From a phage, in sequence record NC_129898.1: a DNA stretch of 64,000 nt, one strand, 5' to 3'. The translations under genes were made by a program, and so were the position numbers. The notes under the pieces are model-generated. The model searched no databases. It saw nothing but the letters and a program-made list of their open reading frames with translations, and was not told the DNA's origin. Shown piece after piece: positions 28,822 to 38,871 of this stretch (position 1 is the first letter of the stretch; each line of letters opens with the position of its first letter).

Positions 28822-30459
28822 AAACTCGGGAGCATAGCCCTCGTCTCAAGGGTGTTATCATGCAAACGAATGTCATGGCTTATCATCTATGCGTAAACTG
28901 TCAGGGTGTAGACTATTCAGGCGTAAACAGTCTATGCGGGAACAATCTATACGTGAACAGTGAAATATGAAATAATAACAGTCGTTATTGTATCGAAAGT
29001 GTATAAGGTGTCAGATTATGGCATATTGTGTGACATTGTGTCAGACAAGTTTTTCTCCTCTTTGTCAAGTGCTGCATGGAAAATTTACAATCTGGTATGG
29101 TAGCATTTTTGCGGCCCTGTTTACATTCAGGAGTGTATGTATAACCCTTGTTGTGTGGGCGTTTAGACGTCTGGACGGTCAGAAGTCTGCAGGTTAATAT
29201 CTAATCTATTGGTCGCTAACTATATCCCCCACAAATAATAAGAAATGCAATTGTTATATGCGTAAACAGTAACTCATGTTATCAATCCCTGTATGTATCG
29301 CCAGTGGTGCGCATAATGGGTATTATGTTAAATTGCCCGTAATGATAACAGTTCTCACAATGATAGGTATTCTCATTCACCCCCACAAAATAGATTGCAA
29401 ATGTTGTGCCACTGTGTGAACGGCCTCGCCTATTAATTTGCCTCACTGCTCCGATATTTGAGAATTGTTATAAGAATGAGAAGTATTCCCATTTCGTCCG
29501 CCTGGCAGCGCTCCTGTAGGTCAGGTCAAAATCGTGGTAGAACTGGACCCCTTCAGATATTTCTAGCTGACTCTTCAGGCCTGTGTGGGAAAAGCCAACC
29601 TCTCCGGCGGGGCAGGGGGGTCAATTAAAAAATTTACGTAGGGTACGAAGCGCTCTTCAGGTAAGGCATGTATTAGAGGATGAAACCCTCTTCAGGTGAT
29701 GATATTTGTGGGTGTGATATTTGCTGGAAAGCCAGATATGACGGGACTACCGGCGGGGATGGGGTAGTATAGGCAGGGAAAATGTGGAGAATGTGGTTGG
29801 TAAATTTATCAGGCAGGTAGAGTATGGGATATGTTACAGGTATGTTAAATATGGAGGTAGGATATTTGTAAGATTTGTGTGTAAAATCAAAGACTTAAGT
29901 GGTGTTGTGGTATTTTCTATAAATAATTCAAGTTTAATAGGTAATATTTGTCTCTATCCACTTTGTGGGGTAAACAGATTCTAATTGAATTGGTTTACAA
30001 GTGTATATAAAGTATACAAATTAAAGATATAAGAAACCCCCCTCCCCCTTCGGCTACCATTCACCTTTTCCTCTGACTGGTACTTAAACACTTATTCAGA
30101 CTCTTCAGGTTATCACCCATATACTATATGGCAGTGACTGGTGTCCTCTGGCCCCTCTTTCGTCACCCGTCCGCTTCGCCATGCTAATGCCATAGCTAAA
30201 GGTTCGGTTGTTCACCCTGTTCACTCAGGTGTATCTCCATACCCCTTCAAACCGAAGAGAACAGAAAACCCGAATTACTCGGTAAAAGAAAAGAGAAGAA
30301 CTTAATTTTATCAGGATAGGCAAGAATGTCAAGGCATGACTGCTCACTAAACAAGCAAACAGTCATGTGTGGGAGGTAAGTGATTGTGGTGGTAGGAAAT
30401 TTAGTTGAAAGATGTGTTATAGGTGCTTCCAGCACTTTAGCCGGGCAGCTAATTGTGTG

Positions 30460-30675
30460 TCAGTCCAGCGGTTCATCCTCTACTTCACTGAAATCGATGT
30501 TCAGGGTCTCTTCCCAACCATCGATCTCAGCACAAGAGTGGAGTTCTTTAGGGTTTACTCCCAAAGCCTCAGCAACAGCGTCTATATTTAACACCTCTGG
30601 CAGGTATGATTCATCAAATTCAAGGTAAATCAGGCCACGAGTGTTGTCAGCTCCACCAAATATTTCTATCTTCAT
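30460..30675 (-). CDS. hypothetical small protein (MKIEI family)
   Basis: Starts MKIEIFGG; last gene of - arm. Confidence 0.45.
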   Translation of the reverse strand: MKIEIFGGADNTRGLIYLEFDESYLPEVLNIDAVAEALGVNPKELHSCAEIDGWEETLNIDFSEVEDEPLD

Positions 30676-30795
30676 AAAATCTCCTCTGGAAATGAGAGTG
30701 TGAACAGGGTTATACGTTCCAATGCGCAGGAATTTATATACGTTTGCCTCTTCAGGCCATGCTTTAGCATGATAAACTTATGTGGGCTCGGTGCT

Positions 30796-31185
30796 TCATA
30801 GTCTGCCACCTCTGAACTCTTCGTGCTCAGGCAGGATAGATAACCAGATGTCTAAGATGTCTTCCCACGTCAGGTCATCAGCCTCAGGATCCACCTGAGA
30901 CGGAGATAAAGAATCCTCAGAATTGAAGTTTTCCTCTGTAGTCACTTCTTCAGATGACTCTTTAGGTGCATGTGTGTTGGTCATGTTCCACCCGTTAGTA
31001 TTCCGGCAACAGCTGCTATGGACGTAATGATCATCAGGATCACCACCAAAACCTCGGACAATGTTTTCATTGCGTATTCCATATTCTCCAAACGATGTGT
31101 GGATACTATCACAGGAGCTGTAATGTGTCAACAGAAACACCGCGAGGGTTTGGTTAAAATCCGAGCGTATGGTGATTTGGGTCAA
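30796..31185 (-). CDS. hypothetical protein (acidic)
   Basis: ORF; start uncertain. Confidence 0.3.
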   Translation of the reverse strand: MTQITIRSDFNQTLAVFLLTHYSSCDSIHTSFGEYGIRNENIVRGFGGDPDDHYVHSSCCRNTNGWNMTNTHAPKESSEEVTTEENFNSEDSLSPSQVDPEADDLTWEDILDIWLSILPEHEEFRGGRL

Positions 31186-31344
31186 AACGGACGTGCGTTC
31201 TCGCCACGCTCGAAATAGAGAGTTGTTTGCAGACCGCTCTTAAACGCTCTGTAGCGAGATTATTCATCTAAGGTATGCAATCGTGCACCAGATAAAGAAA
31301 AGGACGCCACAGAGCGTCCTAGGTGTCTTAAATTTGATATTTTG

Positions 31345-31644
31345 CTATACCCATGAGGGCTTATCAAGGTTGGAGTAGCTAAAAGGTGTCAAAAGGTGAC
31401 TGTCAAAATCTTTCAAACTATCCAAATCTTTTTCCTCGTCCTGACACCATCTGTGCCTACATTTATTGTTGTAGTGCATGGAATGCATAGCGTTCTGCAA
31501 TTTAACAGGCACAAGTGATTCAGGAGTAGATAGTATTGTAGGGTATGCCAGAACCACCTCAAACAGTGGAAACACATCGAAACTAAAGTCTACCTCTGCA
31601 GAGGTTGATGGCATATAGGAGTATTTAGCCGCCTTTGTAGACAT
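31345..31644 (-). CDS. hypothetical small protein
   Basis: GAGGTGG RBS before ATG 31644. Confidence 0.45.
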   Translation of the reverse strand: MSTKAAKYSYMPSTSAEVDFSFDVFPLFEVVLAYPTILSTPESLVPVKLQNAMHSMHYNNKCRHRWCQDEEKDLDSLKDFDSHLLTPFSYSNLDKPSWV

Positions 31645-31652
31645 AATCCACC

Positions 31653-31979
31653 TCACACAGGTTTGATAATACCTTTACCGAATAACTCTTCGTATCTAAT
31701 CTTATCCGGATCCCACTCCTGGATAATTTCGAAGACAATATCTAACCCAGGGATAATCACTTCTCCAGTGTCAAGTTTGGCAAGAACAAAACCAGAAGGC
31801 TGAATGGTTTCCCAGTTGCGACGATTGGAATAGAAGACCTCAAAAATATCACCGACCTCGATCTGTTGATCAAGATGTTCAAGATTCTCTTTCATACGGA
31901 CGCAGCGGATTTTTCGTGCAGGCCATAGACCACCTGCATCACGTTCATTCAACTCTTTTACAGTGATCGGTATACCCAT
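31653..31979 (-). CDS. hypothetical small protein
   Basis: ORF in compact array. Confidence 0.45.
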   Translation of the reverse strand: MGIPITVKELNERDAGGLWPARKIRCVRMKENLEHLDQQIEVGDIFEVFYSNRRNWETIQPSGFVLAKLDTGEVIIPGLDIVFEIIQEWDPDKIRYEELFGKGIIKPV

Positions 31980-32034
31980 CTCAAATCTCCTTCATAGATA
32001 GTAAAAAGAGGGGCCCAAGCCCCTCTCTTTGTCA

Positions 32035-32340
32035 TTATTCTACAGAGCGTTTGAACAGAATGTCTGCCTCGGACATGTGTTCAACCTCTTCTTCGATTTT
32101 AGCTCGACGTTTTTCAGCCTCATAGCGAATATCGAACTCGGTAGCCACTAGAGATTTGATGAATTTAGGAGAATACAGATGATCCTGCTTCTCAACAAGA
32201 ATGATATCCTTGATGGCATCTTTCAGATCTTTAATCTGAAGCTGGAGTTCCACCAGTTCTTCGATTGTTTTGCGAAGGCGATCACGTTCTGCAGTGTCAG
32301 AAGGAAGAGAGGTGAACAGTTCAACTTTAGATTTAGCCAT
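32035..32340 (-). CDS. hypothetical coiled-coil protein
   Basis: Charged heptad-like sequence. Confidence 0.45.
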   Translation of the reverse strand: MAKSKVELFTSLPSDTAERDRLRKTIEELVELQLQIKDLKDAIKDIILVEKQDHLYSPKFIKSLVATEFDIRYEAEKRRAKIEEEVEHMSEADILFKRSVE

Positions 32341-32368
32341 AGTAAGAGTCTCCTTATGTTGTTTTAAA

Positions 32369-32686
32369 TTAACGTTCTACAAAAATACCGTTCAGTTCAA
32401 TAACCAGGAATTTCTGGTCTTCACTATCGTCACGAGCCAGCACCTCGCAGACGTAGCGGTCATCTCCGTCATCATCACAGTCAAATACAAGGCTGAGGAC
32501 TTTATCATGATAAATCTTCGACACTACTGCCTCGTAAGTATTGCCGATTGTGAATCCAAGATAATCCCCGATGCATTTGACAACAACATGGTCGCCAGCA
32601 TTTAAGTCAATCTTCGTCATTACTGTGCTCCTTGGGTGATAATATGGTATGTAAAACTTTAACCAGAGATGTGAATAACGCCCCAA
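32369..32686 (-). CDS. hypothetical small protein
   Basis: ORF; start uncertain. Confidence 0.4.
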   Translation of the reverse strand: MGRYSHLWLKFYIPYYHPRSTVMTKIDLNAGDHVVVKCIGDYLGFTIGNTYEAVVSKIYHDKVLSLVFDCDDDGDDRYVCEVLARDDSEDQKFLVIELNGIFVER

Positions 32687-32775
32687 AACACACAGATAGC
32701 GCTAAAACGGATAAGGCCATCATTAAAGCTTCAGTAAAATCAGTCCTTCCTCACCTCTTGTTAGTAACTATACTA

Positions 32776-33039
32776 TCATTTATCTTCGCCGTCAAGAACT
32801 TTTTTAAATCTCTCAGGAATATCTCCTGTTCTTAGATAGCTCATGACCTCCCAAGGTTTCCACTTGAACTTCTTGCACAGTAAGGCAGCCGAGATCGTCT
32901 CGTTGCGAAAAGAAAGGATATTAATATCCCACTCTGAGAACCCCAATTTCCGAAGAGTGGCTATAGAAATCCTCACAGCAACCCAACAAGAGAGGCACGC
33001 AACAAACGCCACTGCCACAACCCACATCAGGATGTTCAT
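32776..33039 (-). CDS. hypothetical membrane protein
   Basis: N-terminal TM helix MNILMWVVAVAFVACLSCWVAV. Confidence 0.45.
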   Translation of the reverse strand: MNILMWVVAVAFVACLSCWVAVRISIATLRKLGFSEWDINILSFRNETISAALLCKKFKWKPWEVMSYLRTGDIPERFKKVLDGEDK

Positions 33040-33128
33040 ACAGCCCCCTTAATGAAATACAAGGCATAGTGTTAAGGTTGCTACCCAGCAAATAATTAAC
33101 AGTGCCGTTGCAACCTTGGCAAGATTTA

Positions 33129-33416
33129 TCATAGTGTCTCTAAAATTTCATACCCTTCGGGTCGGAAAACAAGCCACTCAGGTGCTCCATTTGGTCGATA
33201 CGCTTTATACAGAACAACCTGATCTCGGCACATGCACATGGCTACATAGTTTTCATCAACACCTGCCTCCTGCATTGCATCTTCTTCTCCGGCAACAGCC
33301 TTGCTTACAACTTCCTTGGTAGGCAGGTGGGCGATCAGCTCGTCACCATCGTTAATTCCAAAATGACTGAGTTCTCCATTGGTATCTTTAATCTTGATCT
33401 TAACCAAATCTTTCAT
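33129..33416 (-). CDS. hypothetical small protein (MK-I/V family)
   Basis: C-terminal EGYEILETL resembles family tail. Confidence 0.45.
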   Translation of the reverse strand: MKDLVKIKIKDTNGELSHFGINDGDELIAHLPTKEVVSKAVAGEEDAMQEAGVDENYVAMCMCRDQVVLYKAYRPNGAPEWLVFRPEGYEILETL

Positions 33417-33745
33417 TAGTCTTCCTCCAGGTTCAAAGGTCCTAAGATTTCATATGCTAGATTAGAAGTTACCAGAGGGTCTTCTGCATCTTTAGTATTA
33501 TACCATCCGTGAATAACCAGAGTCCCACTTTGCTTCATGTCTAACTGGAACTGTTCTGCCGTTTCCTCATCCATCTCCAAGATCTCCATGAGGTATTTGA
33601 TGTTAGGAAGGTATGCAGCTGTTACAGTCCCCTCTACCAGGCCTTCAGGCCAACCTACATCCGGATGACAAGTAGGGACCAGAGAGGTCAGCTTGATAGT
33701 GTATGCTTTTTCTGCACGAGCCTTCAGTAACGGATCAATTTTCAT
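33416..33745 (-). CDS. hypothetical small protein (MK-I/V family)
   Basis: MKIDPLL start; overlapping start/stop with neighbours. Confidence 0.45.
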   Translation of the reverse strand: MKIDPLLKARAEKAYTIKLTSLVPTCHPDVGWPEGLVEGTVTAAYLPNIKYLMEILEMDEETAEQFQLDMKQSGTLVIHGWYNTKDAEDPLVTSNLAYEILGPLNLEED

Positions 33746-34095
33746 TATTCTTCCTCCTCTTCGGTGCCTGCTTCCAGTAGTAAGTTAAGAACATCTTCAG
33801 CAGAAGGTTCGTAGAACTCTTGGCCTTCGTTGTCGATGATGCGATAGTCATCACCCCGAATAATCAGAGGATCGTCATCAAAACCTTCAAGACCTTTAAC
33901 AACGACAACACGGTCGATTGCCATCATTGTAAGAACTTTATCGACATCTTCCTCTGCTACACCATACTGCAGCAGAATGTCTTTGGTAGGAGGGACAGCA
34001 TCCACCACAACACCGTTACCAAAACCTTCCGGAAGTTTAGCTAAAATATCTTCCGGAACCACATTCATATCAAAACCTGTGATCTCTACTTTCAT
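33745..34095 (-). CDS. hypothetical small protein (MK-I/V family)
   Basis: MKVEITGFD start; acidic tail. Confidence 0.45.
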   Translation of the reverse strand: MKVEITGFDMNVVPEDILAKLPEGFGNGVVVDAVPPTKDILLQYGVAEEDVDKVLTMMAIDRVVVVKGLEGFDDDPLIIRGDDYRIIDNEGQEFYEPSAEDVLNLLLEAGTEEEEE

Positions 34096-34356
34096 TTACA
34101 GAACCTCTTCGTCAACTACTTCATAAAAATGGCTTGGGATTGCAATGGCGTTCTCGCCTTCACCTAAGAACACTGTCCCACTAACGATTAACATTAGAAG
34201 AACGTCTGCGATACCTTCCTCGGGGACGTTGCCAAAACCTTTAATCAGCTCGTAGGTTGGAAGATTTACCTCTAAGATGTCACCATCTTTGGAGCGGAAA
34301 TCAACACCATCCTGAATCTCTGCCGTTTCAAGGTTTTTCAATTTAATCTTCATCAA
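34096..34356 (-). CDS. hypothetical small protein (MK-I/V family)
   Basis: MMKIKLKNL start; YEVVDEEVL tail. Confidence 0.45.
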   Translation of the reverse strand: MMKIKLKNLETAEIQDGVDFRSKDGDILEVNLPTYELIKGFGNVPEEGIADVLLMLIVSGTVFLGEGENAIAIPSHFYEVVDEEVL

Positions 34357-34432
34357 TCAGTCTCCTGTCTTGTTAAGATGAAGGTATTATTGCACACAGG
34401 GTTGGTGTTGTCAACACCTGTGTGGAATAAAA

Positions 34433-34828
34433 TTACTGAAACAGTGCAGATAAATTACCTTCTGGTGGGAACTTATCTGCCAAGAACGGAGTCAGAACAG
34501 TGGCCTTCTGAAGATCTGGAGTCCACTCGTTGTTCAGAACATCCCAGTAGTACGCAATGTTGCTGTGTGGGTGCCGCATTACGAACTTTTTCCCTTCGTA
34601 GTCAGTTGAAACCTCTACAGAAGAAATAACAACAGAATCTTCAAGAGTTTCTTCATAGAAAGATCCACCCTCGAATTTCCAACGAGATGCAAGAGCTCCT
34701 GCCTTAAACGCTGCAGATAACGGACTGTCGGCAAGAACATACATTTCTTGCACTCTGTCGCTACGATCTTTGCTTCTTACGTTGTATACAGTATCTGAGC
34801 TATACTCAACACGGTATAGACTTACCAT
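34433..34828 (-). CDS. hypothetical protein (paralogue of 36644-37042)
   Basis: AGALASRWKFEG and KFVMRHPHSNIAYYWDVLNNEWTP match paralogue. Confidence 0.5.
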   Translation of the reverse strand: MVSLYRVEYSSDTVYNVRSKDRSDRVQEMYVLADSPLSAAFKAGALASRWKFEGGSFYEETLEDSVVISSVEVSTDYEGKKFVMRHPHSNIAYYWDVLNNEWTPDLQKATVLTPFLADKFPPEGNLSALFQ

Positions 34829-35160
34829 TACCGCACCTCCTCAATAACTTCCACATCTGAACCTACCACAAATGCAAAAGGGCAGGTTTCATGAAAGACA
34901 TCCGGATCGCCGCCAAGCTTGCTAACTATTTCTCCACCACTAATAAACACAAGCTCACCGATATTCATCAGATTGCTGAAATAGTATCCATAATGATTAA
35001 AGAATGCAGCAGGGTCAGGCAGACTGGTAGCCTCAAGCTCTACATCGGTTGAGATTACTTTCTTATCATACCCTCTGGCCTTTTGAGATGCAAGATCTGC
35101 AGAATCCTCAGGCGACCGGAGATGCACAGGAATTGTTTCACCAATAAAGCGTACTTTCAT
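34828..35160 (-). CDS. hypothetical small protein (MKV family)
   Basis: MKVRFIGE start preferred; DVEVIEEVR tail. Confidence 0.45.
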   Translation of the reverse strand: MKVRFIGETIPVHLRSPEDSADLASQKARGYDKKVISTDVELEATSLPDPAAFFNHYGYYFSNLMNIGELVFISGGEIVSKLGGDPDVFHETCPFAFVVGSDVEVIEEVR

Positions 35161-35164
35161 ATTC

Positions 35165-35428
35165 TCACCCAACAACCATAGCTTCAAAAGGGGTCATAAA
35201 CGAATAAACAGCATTATCATCTGCTTCAGGAAATGCCCCCAAAGACTTCATGTCTGAGCCCTTGACAAATACAAGGTTCTGATCAAAAGCTTCTTGTGGA
35301 TCAATCCGATACATATTTCGTAGGGTATCACTTACCTCCTCATCAAGAGGTGAGTATGCTGTGCACGTTTTTCCGATCAAGCTTTGAGAATCAGGATATC
35401 CACCTGAAGTTTTAAAATAAACAATCAT
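35165..35428 (-). CDS. hypothetical small protein (MKV family)
   Basis: VKGSDMKSLGA motif shared with family. Confidence 0.45.
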   Translation of the reverse strand: MIVYFKTSGGYPDSQSLIGKTCTAYSPLDEEVSDTLRNMYRIDPQEAFDQNLVFVKGSDMKSLGAFPEADDNAVYSFMTPFEAMVVG

Positions 35429-35523
35429 ATAGTATCACCTCTAGTAAGAGATTGGGATTCCTTTCCCACAAATAATTACAAACTTTTCTTTTTATTGAGA
35501 GAAGTATGCTAATCCAAGCAGGA

Positions 35524-35793
35524 TTACTCTTCTACAATCTCATACACATCAGGAGTTACAATCAACTCTTCTCCGTTACCCGGTGCAACAAACACCACCA
35601 AGCCTTCAGGTGTGTGCTTTTTAGCCATCTCGATAACATCTTCTCGCAGAGCTGGCTCCATCAGATCAAAGCCTTCACCCAAGGCATCACGAACTACCTT
35701 CATGTAGTCCACTGGTTGTGCTTCAACGATCATGCCTTCAACCAGTCCGCAGTTTTTGTCTTCCAGCTCAGTTTTGAATAATTTAATTTTCAT
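35524..35793 (-). CDS. hypothetical small protein (MK-I/V family)
   Basis: MKIKLFK start; DVYEIVEE tail. Confidence 0.45.
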   Translation of the reverse strand: MKIKLFKTELEDKNCGLVEGMIVEAQPVDYMKVVRDALGEGFDLMEPALREDVIEMAKKHTPEGLVVFVAPGNGEELIVTPDVYEIVEE

Positions 35794-35930
35794 TTAGAGG
35801 TCTCCTCAATTATTTGATATTAATAGCCGTAACCTAACACATTAACTACAACTGCGATTGCAAACATAATTTCAAAGCATGCAATCTCTACATTTGGGAC
35901 TAATTTCTTAATCACGCCCATTGTAGCACC

Positions 35931-36248
35931 TCATTCTCCAAAGTAAATCTTTACTTTGCCTTTCCCTTTACCTTTCTTTCCACCGCATTTAGCCAACTGA
36001 CGTGCTGCAACATCTACCATACGGTCAGTTGCCTCGTAAGCGTCACTGCCTTTAGCTTTGGCAATAACTTCTTTTCCGGAAGTGTCAAAAATGAACGCCA
36101 TGACTTCCTGGTGATCATTTTCAACTTTTACACTCACACGTGCATAGTTGGCAGAGGGGTGCAAACGCTCCAGCTTAGACATTTTGTGGGAAATGAAAGA
36201 CACCATACCTTCAGTGATTTCTACGTTGCCAGTGATTTCAATTTGCAT
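35931..36248 (-). CDS. hpf: ribosome hibernation promoting factor homologue (HPF/YfiA family)
   Basis: MQIEITGNVEITEGM...KLE...VKVE...AKAKGSDAYEATDRMVDVAARQLAK aligns along its length with E. coli Hpf as recalled; Lys/Gly-rich tail. Confidence 0.75.
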   Translation of the reverse strand: MQIEITGNVEITEGMVSFISHKMSKLERLHPSANYARVSVKVENDHQEVMAFIFDTSGKEVIAKAKGSDAYEATDRMVDVAARQLAKCGGKKGKGKGKVKIYFGE

Positions 36249-36335
36249 AACGTGCTCCTTTTAAGGAAGAGAGAATAACAACCATCTCTCTTTGAAAACA
36301 ATAATACTATAGCTGAAGCGTTGTGTCAACAGTTT

Positions 36336-36626
36336 TTACAACTTATTATCGATAGTATCTAAAATATCTACAGCAAGATCTGCCATTTTTCGAACATACT
36401 CTGCAAACTCAACAGGATCCTTGATCAAAGAATTCACAGGGTCGTACCCTAGAGCGTTCAAAATGGCTGCAGCATCTACAACCTTCTCATCATTTGCGAA
36501 GATCTCTCCGTCAAACTTGTGGGTCCATTTTGAGTCAATCTTGGCAGAGCATGGTTGGTCAATGCTTGTTACACCATCGTCTTTAAACTCTCCTGCGTTA
36601 TCAATATTCAGAACTAAATCCATCAT
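36336..36626 (-). CDS. hypothetical small acidic protein
   Basis: ORF in array. Confidence 0.45.
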   Translation of the reverse strand: MMDLVLNIDNAGEFKDDGVTSIDQPCSAKIDSKWTHKFDGEIFANDEKVVDAAAILNALGYDPVNSLIKDPVEFAEYVRKMADLAVDILDTIDNKL

Positions 36627-36643
36627 AGTGGCACCTCACTGTT

Positions 36644-37042
36644 TCAGTCTAGCTTTTCTTCAACAACCCCGTAGCTCGGGGCAGAGTCAAGAGCTTTTTG
36701 GTTTAAAAGTGGTGTAGCAGAATCTGCAAACGGTGTCCAAGTTTTTGTTCTGGCATTCCAGTAATGCTTCACTCTGGAATCTGGATGCACTATAACAAAA
36801 ACTTTTTCACTTGTCAACACATTAATTTCTTCTACACCCTTGCTGATAATTTCTCCGTCATAGCCCCCAGTCTGGTATCCTTCGTACCAGGTTCTTGCAT
36901 AGGCATAGCCAGCCTGCCAGCATGCAGCCTCCTCCGAGGTGGAGACTACGTAGAAGTCTTTCTCAAATTCTGGGATACGTCCTTGCTTTACGCTCCAAGC
37001 TCCGCGAATTTTCATTGTTACTTTGAAAAGCTTGTTCTTCAT
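36644..37042 (-). CDS. hypothetical protein (paralogue of 34433-34828)
   Basis: AGYAYARTWYEG and VFVIVHPDSRVKHYWNARTKTWTP. Confidence 0.5.
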   Translation of the reverse strand: MKNKLFKVTMKIRGAWSVKQGRIPEFEKDFYVVSTSEEAACWQAGYAYARTWYEGYQTGGYDGEIISKGVEEINVLTSEKVFVIVHPDSRVKHYWNARTKTWTPFADSATPLLNQKALDSAPSYGVVEEKLD

Positions 37043-37043
37043 A

Positions 37044-37298
37044 CTACCGCTCTACAATCTCTACGTCTGTTCCTACACCGAAGGCATAGTAATGTTCTTC
37101 CCCAAAGTAATACTTGGGGACACCAGCTTTGATCAGGTCTAACCCGCGAATAAATACCACACCGTGTGATACAGTGGAATGCTTCTGACGCACAGGATCG
37201 TTGTCAGGCAACCATTCAAAGTACACCGCAGGTACAACCTTCCCTTTAAGAAAGGATTGCCCCAAGTAGACGTTAGAATCAAGAATTTTGACCTTCAT
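37044..37298 (-). CDS. hypothetical small protein (MKVK family)
   Basis: MKVKILDSNVYLGQ...IRGLDLIKAG...DVEIVER. Confidence 0.5.
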   Translation of the reverse strand: MKVKILDSNVYLGQSFLKGKVVPAVYFEWLPDNDPVRQKHSTVSHGVVFIRGLDLIKAGVPKYYFGEEHYYAFGVGTDVEIVER

Positions 37299-37512
37299 GA
37301 TCGTCCTCCACTATCTCCACATCCTCCCCTAGGGCAAAGTTGTAGGTCCACTGACTGTCAAAGCAGTCCTGAGATGCTCCAGCGGCAATAAGATCTGCAC
37401 CCTTTATTTTTAAAAGGTCAGGATAATCTTCGTTAGGGACAGCGGTAAACACTTTACCCACTAAAGGCTCCTGACCAATATAGAAGTTTGAATCTAAAAC
37501 TTTAACTTTCAT
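37279..37512 (-). CDS. hypothetical small protein (MKVK family)
   Basis: MKVKVLDSNFYIGQ...IKGADLIAAG...DVEIVED. Confidence 0.5.
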   Translation of the reverse strand: MKVKVLDSNFYIGQEPLVGKVFTAVPNEDYPDLLKIKGADLIAAGASQDCFDSQWTYNFALGEDVEIVEDDHEGQNS

Positions 37513-37796
37513 CAGCGGTCTCCATCGGGCGGTTGTGGAACGTAAACACTGTTACGAATCTCGTCAGCAGTGTAGTAACAAGTTTTCCCCTCTCTGTCCC
37601 TGGCAGCAATGTATTCAGCTATACCAATAAGTGCCATAGCCTTGGTGGCGTATCTCTTAAGCTCGTTAGCTCCCCAGCAAAATCTCTGCCAAAACGGTAT
37701 GAAACCGAATAGGTACACCTTCTGTTTCACTATCCAATAAGTTCCTTTACAGATCACTTTAAACTCTGCAGCACTGTTACTGACACCATTGCTCAT
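37512..37796 (-). CDS. hypothetical small protein
   Basis: Overlapping start/stop with neighbours. Confidence 0.45.
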   Translation of the reverse strand: MSNGVSNSAAEFKVICKGTYWIVKQKVYLFGFIPFWQRFCWGANELKRYATKAMALIGIAEYIAARDREGKTCYYTADEIRNSVYVPQPPDGDR

Positions 37797-37808
37797 TATC
37801 TTCTCCTT

Positions 37809-38093
37809 TTATTTTTCTGGGTTTGGCAGATATTGCACATTGGCAGGAGGAACACCGGATAGCTCCCAAACAACCATAGTGCTGTACCCTGGCACACTTC
37901 TAACATTTAAAAGAGTAGGAGCACCAACACATTTAAACTTCCTTTTCCCAAATCCGTTCTCCATCATAACCCAGTATCCTGTATCCTGATCACCTGGAAT
38001 TTGTGTTCCATCATCGTCCACCCAGCGGACGGTCCATTTCGATACAGCAACGGCTCGGTATTTAAACTTTTTAAACCACTCAAACAGTTTCAT
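37809..38093 (-). CDS. hypothetical small protein
   Basis: ORF in array. Confidence 0.45.
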   Translation of the reverse strand: MKLFEWFKKFKYRAVAVSKWTVRWVDDDGTQIPGDQDTGYWVMMENGFGKRKFKCVGAPTLLNVRSVPGYSTMVVWELSGVPPANVQYLPNPEK

Positions 38094-38188
38094 AATTCAG
38101 CCTCGCATAGCCATAATAACTATAAACAGACAAATAATGAATCCGAATGCCACGCCACCCATAAACGTTAATATTGATGCGACCATAA

Positions 38189-38374
38189 TCAATCATCCTC
38201 GTTTGGCAGCTCTTCCATTTTGACATACCGGAAAGTGTTGCCGTAATAGTTGATCCATGACATCAGCTCGCTTTCTTGCTCTTCCTCTGGGATTGACTCT
38301 CGTATGCTGACAAGTTTTAAGAAAATCCAATCACAATCTGCACCCATCCTACCAGACAGGCAATAGTGCTTCAT
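38189..38374 (-). CDS. hypothetical small protein
   Basis: ORF in array. Confidence 0.4.
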   Translation of the reverse strand: MKHYCLSGRMGADCDWIFLKLVSIRESIPEEEQESELMSWINYYGNTFRYVKMEELPNEDD

Positions 38375-38392
38375 AGAACCCTCCCGACCGGT

Positions 38393-38587
38393 TTAGAATA
38401 TTGCTTCTTCCATTGCACCTGAGAGCAATAAAGAGGTAATATGGCTAACATTCATCTCAGACTCTACTTCCTCCCCTTTGAAAGGTTCGCGGCAGAATAG
38501 GACTGTTTCAGGACTTTTACTTCGAACAATATAATACAAATCATTCAAAGTGTTGTAGTAATAAGTGTTAAAACGTAAGTTTTTCAT
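38393..38587 (-). CDS. hypothetical small protein
   Basis: ORF in array. Confidence 0.4.
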   Translation of the reverse strand: MKNLRFNTYYYNTLNDLYYIVRSKSPETVLFCREPFKGEEVESEMNVSHITSLLLSGAMEEAIF

Positions 38588-38871
38588 TTTCTAGTCCCCT
38601 TCTTAGATTTTTGTGAAGAAACGCTTTCTGCAATACGAGACAGGCGTTCTTCTGAAGCTTTACCTACCCCAGGTTTCTTGAGCGGGTTATCTTTATGACC
38701 GCAATCCAATTGGATGCTAGATACCTCCCCAACCTTGTAAGTCAATTCTAGCAAAAGGTTGTCGTCCTTGTCAAATGTTTTTACGATAAATTTTTTATCG
38801 TTCTCCTGAACTTCATATCTGGTACCTGCAGTATACAGCATGGTGCCATCAGCATAGGATATCCAGATCAT
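38584..38871 (-). CDS. hypothetical small protein
   Basis: Overlapping start/stop. Confidence 0.45.
   Translation of the reverse strand: MIWISYADGTMLYTAGTRYEVQENDKKFIVKTFDKDDNLLLELTYKVGEVSSIQLDCGHKDNPLKKPGVGKASEERLSRIAESVSSQKSKKGTRK

Larger units (their letters stand above)
27907..30459. other. 2.5 kb non-coding, repeat-dense zone between the convergent arms (candidate origin / genome terminus / packaging region)
   Basis: No ORF over 70 codons fits either arm; AT-rich; several palindromes and short repeat families. Confidence 0.6.

Noticed and set aside
18100-30459. tRNA genes in the non-coding regions
   Set aside because: No convincing cloverleaf or T-loop-like GTTCRANYC segment with matching acceptor stem was seen by eye; a tRNAscan-type search is still needed to exclude them
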